DNA of 41,217 nt from Blastocystis sp. subtype 4 (taxonomy: Eukaryota). Position 1 is the first letter of the stretch, and every line of letters starts with the position of its first letter. The stretch covers positions 1 through 41,217 of the forward strand of contig NW_014569482.1 of assembly GCF_000743755.1 (NCBI RefSeq), in the 5' to 3' direction. This document shows, piece by piece, positions 38,163 to 41,217 of the stretch. The notes under the pieces were generated by a model that was given only the letters and a program-made list of their open reading frames with translations, searched no databases and was not told where the DNA came from. A program made the position numbers and the translations under genes.

Positions 38163-38235
38163 GCCAAGATAGCTCAGTTGGGAGAGCGTATGACTGAAGA
38201 TCATAAGGTCAGGTGTTCGATCCACCTTCTCGGCG
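38163..38235 (+). tRNA. trnF-GAA: tRNA-Phe(GAA)
   Basis: Cloverleaf: D arm GCTC/GAGC, anticodon arm TATGA-CTGAAGA-TCATA, T arm AGGTG-TTCGATC-CACCT, followed by a T-run Pol III terminator. Confidence 0.95.
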
Positions 38236-38314
38236 CTTTTTTATTGTTATACTTTTCTTTTGTATCCACTTGTTTACTCTTGGTATCTAACAAACACAGG
38301 AAACATAAAATGTG

Positions 38315-39847
38315 CTAATGTCCATTAATGAGGCTCATTACATTCAAATAAGTTCCCGAAATACACATAACTACTCCGAAAATCAGCATGAACCATGCCT
38401 CAATCTTCTTTCTGACTAAGCCCTCTCGACCCTTAGTAATCCTACTCCTCATCTCCTCCTTATTCTCCTACACAAGATACATAAGTCCAGGAATAGCAAA
38501 CATGATGAGTGATCCGAACAGAGAGCCATTCAGACCAATCACTTTCTCCACTTTGGTTTGAAGTACAGCTATAGTAACTGCTGGCAAGAGGACACCTACA
38601 GCAGTTCTATCTATCATGCAATTTCTGCTCACCTACACTAGTCGAAGAGGAAGACTGTGGAACTCTCGAACAGAACAGAATAATTGATGAAGATTCGTTC
38701 GCACAGCGAAATAGGCAATAGGAAAGTGACAAATGATACCGAAACCTAAACCGAGACGAGCGATTGTAGGAATGACAGAATCCATAGGGAAATTGTTCAG
38801 AATATTTCCGACGGTAGATGCTCCAAACTTCAGATAACCACTAACTGGACATTAGAAATGATCACAGGACTCACGAGCAACCACTAGGTACAGAAATAGA
38901 ATGATCGAAGAAGCGCCAATTGAAGTCATCCACATACGTCCTGGAGATCGGTCCTTCAATTCCTATACATCACTCAGTAGCATCAATCGAACATAGTAAT
39001 AACGAGGGACGTTGTAATGACAATTGAACGACACACACATAACAGGGATCACAGCCAACAGATTGGGAGTAATGTGCCAAATCTCCACAGTGTCAGAAAC
39101 AACTGGATCGACAATAAATTGCTCAAATACAACACCCACAGTAACAAGAATAGAAATAATCGATACCATAGAGACATATTTCAGCGAATCCACAGCTAGT
39201 CATGAAAGGAGAGAAATAACAACCAACTCTTCATCATACACAATGGGAAGACACAAACAGCACAAATAATTCCTACAACAAATGCTCGACTCTGTAGAAT
39301 AGCAACACTGGGGAAGAAGAAGGAAAAGACCGCTAAGAAAAAGTCACCTGGTATGTTAACAGATAACACAATACAAACCAATAATGACAAAGTATGTAAT
39401 ACAAGAACCGCAAGTATAACACAACATGATAAATGAAATAGTAATACCTCCGCAAGATCCAAATATAGACTAAAAATGAACATCCACGACAAAGAAGACA
39501 TTTCCCATCTCCTTATAGGTGTACTTCTCCGTAATGCGGCAACTCCGTGTAATGATAATCTGAGAGAAACAGGCAATAGCCGCTAGAAGTGTCAAAAGAA
39601 TGATACCAGGAACTAGTGAACACTACATAAAAGCACCTTATATATTTTGTACCTGCTTCATGGAGTATGCCAGTGCTACAAGACCTGAACCTAGCACATT
39701 GTTCGTCATATTGATAATAGAAGCTCCAACGCTAGCATTAGCATCACTGTCTTCTTGAGGTTTCTCAGGAAGTAGCGGTGCAGTAACCTCTTGCGGTAAA
39801 GGCAGTGTAGGCTCATTCACTTGTTCTACAGGCTCGGTGACGTCCAT
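38315..39847 (-). CDS. Amino acid permease (AAAP/SLC38-like)
   Basis: SVGASIINMTNNVLGSGLVALAYSM, DSLKYVS, SFNCHYNVP, GYLKFG..GNILNNFP, HFPI, GSLIMFAIPG. TAG at 38315-38317 and TGTTTGTT at 38289-38296 on the minus strand. Confidence 0.9.
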
Positions 39848-40610
39848 TATTTCTGGTCGGTGAAAGTCTCCGACTACTCTTACCTGTGGTCCGAAATTGT
39901 GAATAATGAAGCTATTACTGGGGAAACAAAAATGTTTCCCCTTTTATTCGGCTGCAATCTAATGACCCAGATAGTAAAAGGATGTCAGAAAGAAAGAAGA
40001 CACAGTCTAGATCCTGATAGAGTCTTTTAGATGAGTTTTGCCAAATAGTCGAGTATGATAATGATGGGATCGAAAAGCAATCAATAAGAGTTCTGGGAGA
40101 GGGATAATTCATTATTGACAGCGAAGACGAATTTGTATAAAATGCGTTTAGAAGTGTTTGCAAATGAAATGGACACATTGAATCTGACGAATAAATGAAA
40201 TCCATGACAAATTGAAATGAACGGAATACTATTACTAATCGCGGTTTTTTCAATATATTGCCGGCATCCGGAGAATGATATCATGTTCGGTGGTCTCATA
40301 TATATGACAACTTAAGGTTCTTATCATGACAAAAGCATGACATACACGATTTAGCTCTTTATTTTCAATAGTGACCTCAGACACGCTCTTCTTCACTTTT
40401 CACGAATTCCTTGGATTCGTTCAGTGGTCATTTTGGGTGATTCGGTTCGGCAACCGAATGGGGCTCCCAACAGCCCCATTTGCCGATCTATCGTTTTGTT
40501 GCATTCTTGCCTTAACCAAGTCGAATTCCAAGAAGCTACCAATTGATGCAGCCAAACCGTACTTTGGTCAATTGATTTGCCATTATCCCGTAGAGGAGGA
40601 CTTCACGATT

Positions 40611-41016
40611 ATGAACATGGGCAGTACAGGTTGGATTCCTCTGAATTGGGTATTAACGTGATAGATGCCTTTGGTGATGATATGTCAAATCAGAAAGTGA
40701 ACAATTATGAGAAAGTACATATCCTGACGGTATATTCCCATTTTGCTTTTGATTCCTTTATTTATTAAACATCCGTATTCAACAGCGTAATGGACGTAAG
40801 AGTATTACAACAGTGCAGGGATTGGCTCCAGATCTGAATTTGAAGTTGATTCTAAAGACATGGAAGAGAAGTTTTACTTGTAATGGTGCTATTGTCGAGG
40901 ATGAGGAACACGGCAAGATTATCCAGCTTCAAGGAGACCAGAGAACGAATGTCCGTGATTTCTTAGTCAATGAGGAGATTAACCGCAAGGAAGATATTGT
41001 TGTTCATGGTTTCTAA
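40611..41016 (+). CDS. eIF1: Translation initiation factor eIF1 (SUI1)
   Basis: DAFGDD, VH-IRIQQRNGRKSITTVQGL, FTCNG, IIQLQGDQR, IVVHGF. One GT-AG intron and one non-GT-AG intron. Confidence 0.95.
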
Positions 41017-41136
41017 TGTGTTCTGTTCCAATTGGTTGCTCTGTTTTTTTTATACGTCAAAGCCATTATCTACCATTCATCGAAACCACTGACTAACAAA
41101 CACAACAATACTCCACACAGCAAAATCAATACAGTC

Positions 41137-41217
41137 TTAAGGTTCAATACGTCCACGCACACGTCCAGTACGACGAGCAGCAATGAGACCAACCTTCTGA
41201 CCAGGTGAAGTGCCTCT
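41137..41217 (-). CDS. RPL8: 60S ribosomal protein L8 (uL2), 3' end only
   Basis: RGTSPGQKVGLIAARRTGRVRGRIEP followed by a stop, with TGTTTGTT on the minus strand at 41095-41102. Confidence 0.92.
   Translation of the reverse strand, partial: RGTSPGQKVGLIAARRTGRVRGRIEP

Noticed and set aside
39915..40299. Possible small minus-strand gene
   Set aside because: I could not build a consistent exon chain or recognise a motif. Unsupported rather than disproven.
40507..40535. TGCCTTAAC resembling the U12 snRNA 5' end or a U12 branch site
   Set aside because: It lacks the following GAGTAAGGAAA of U12 snRNA and has no upstream RTATCCT donor.
1..41217. Pseudogenes or a variant genetic code as the cause of ORF fragmentation
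   Set aside because: In the recognisable genes the breaks I traced resolve with short introns, and TAA, TAG and TGA are all used as stops.

Overview
This is a compact, AT-rich eukaryotic nuclear window, not prokaryotic. It holds about 20 densely packed genes interrupted by many ~30-nt GT-AG introns, and gene ends are marked by a TGTTTGTT-type element. These features point to Blastocystis (inference). Genes in order: papain-family protease (5' part), hypothetical, p47-like SEP-UBX, RRP15, PCID2, ALG5, histidine ammonia-lyase, FHA-like + AAA ATPase, small hypothetical, ABC1/ADCK kinase, tryptophanase, MePCE/Bin3, Rab5/21/22-group GTPase, LRR protein, SAP18, syntaxin, membrane protein, WDR59-like, large hypothetical, ROD/KNTC1-like, tRNA-Phe, amino-acid permease, eIF1, and the 3' end of RPL8. 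Main signals: (1) at least six genes lack a genomic stop at their natural end and instead have an in-frame T or TA exactly 4 nt before the element, so poly(A) would complete UAA; in the Rab this creates the CCC prenylation terminus. (2) Three convergent gene pairs share one near-palindromic bidirectional element. (3) Candidate U12 (minor) introns occur, including one in eIF1 that appears to need an AT-AA splice. (4) One intron is repeat-expanded and contains a decoy acceptor. (5) A structured RNA candidate lies upstream of eIF1. All exon models and family calls were read by eye without searches, and gene spans include introns.
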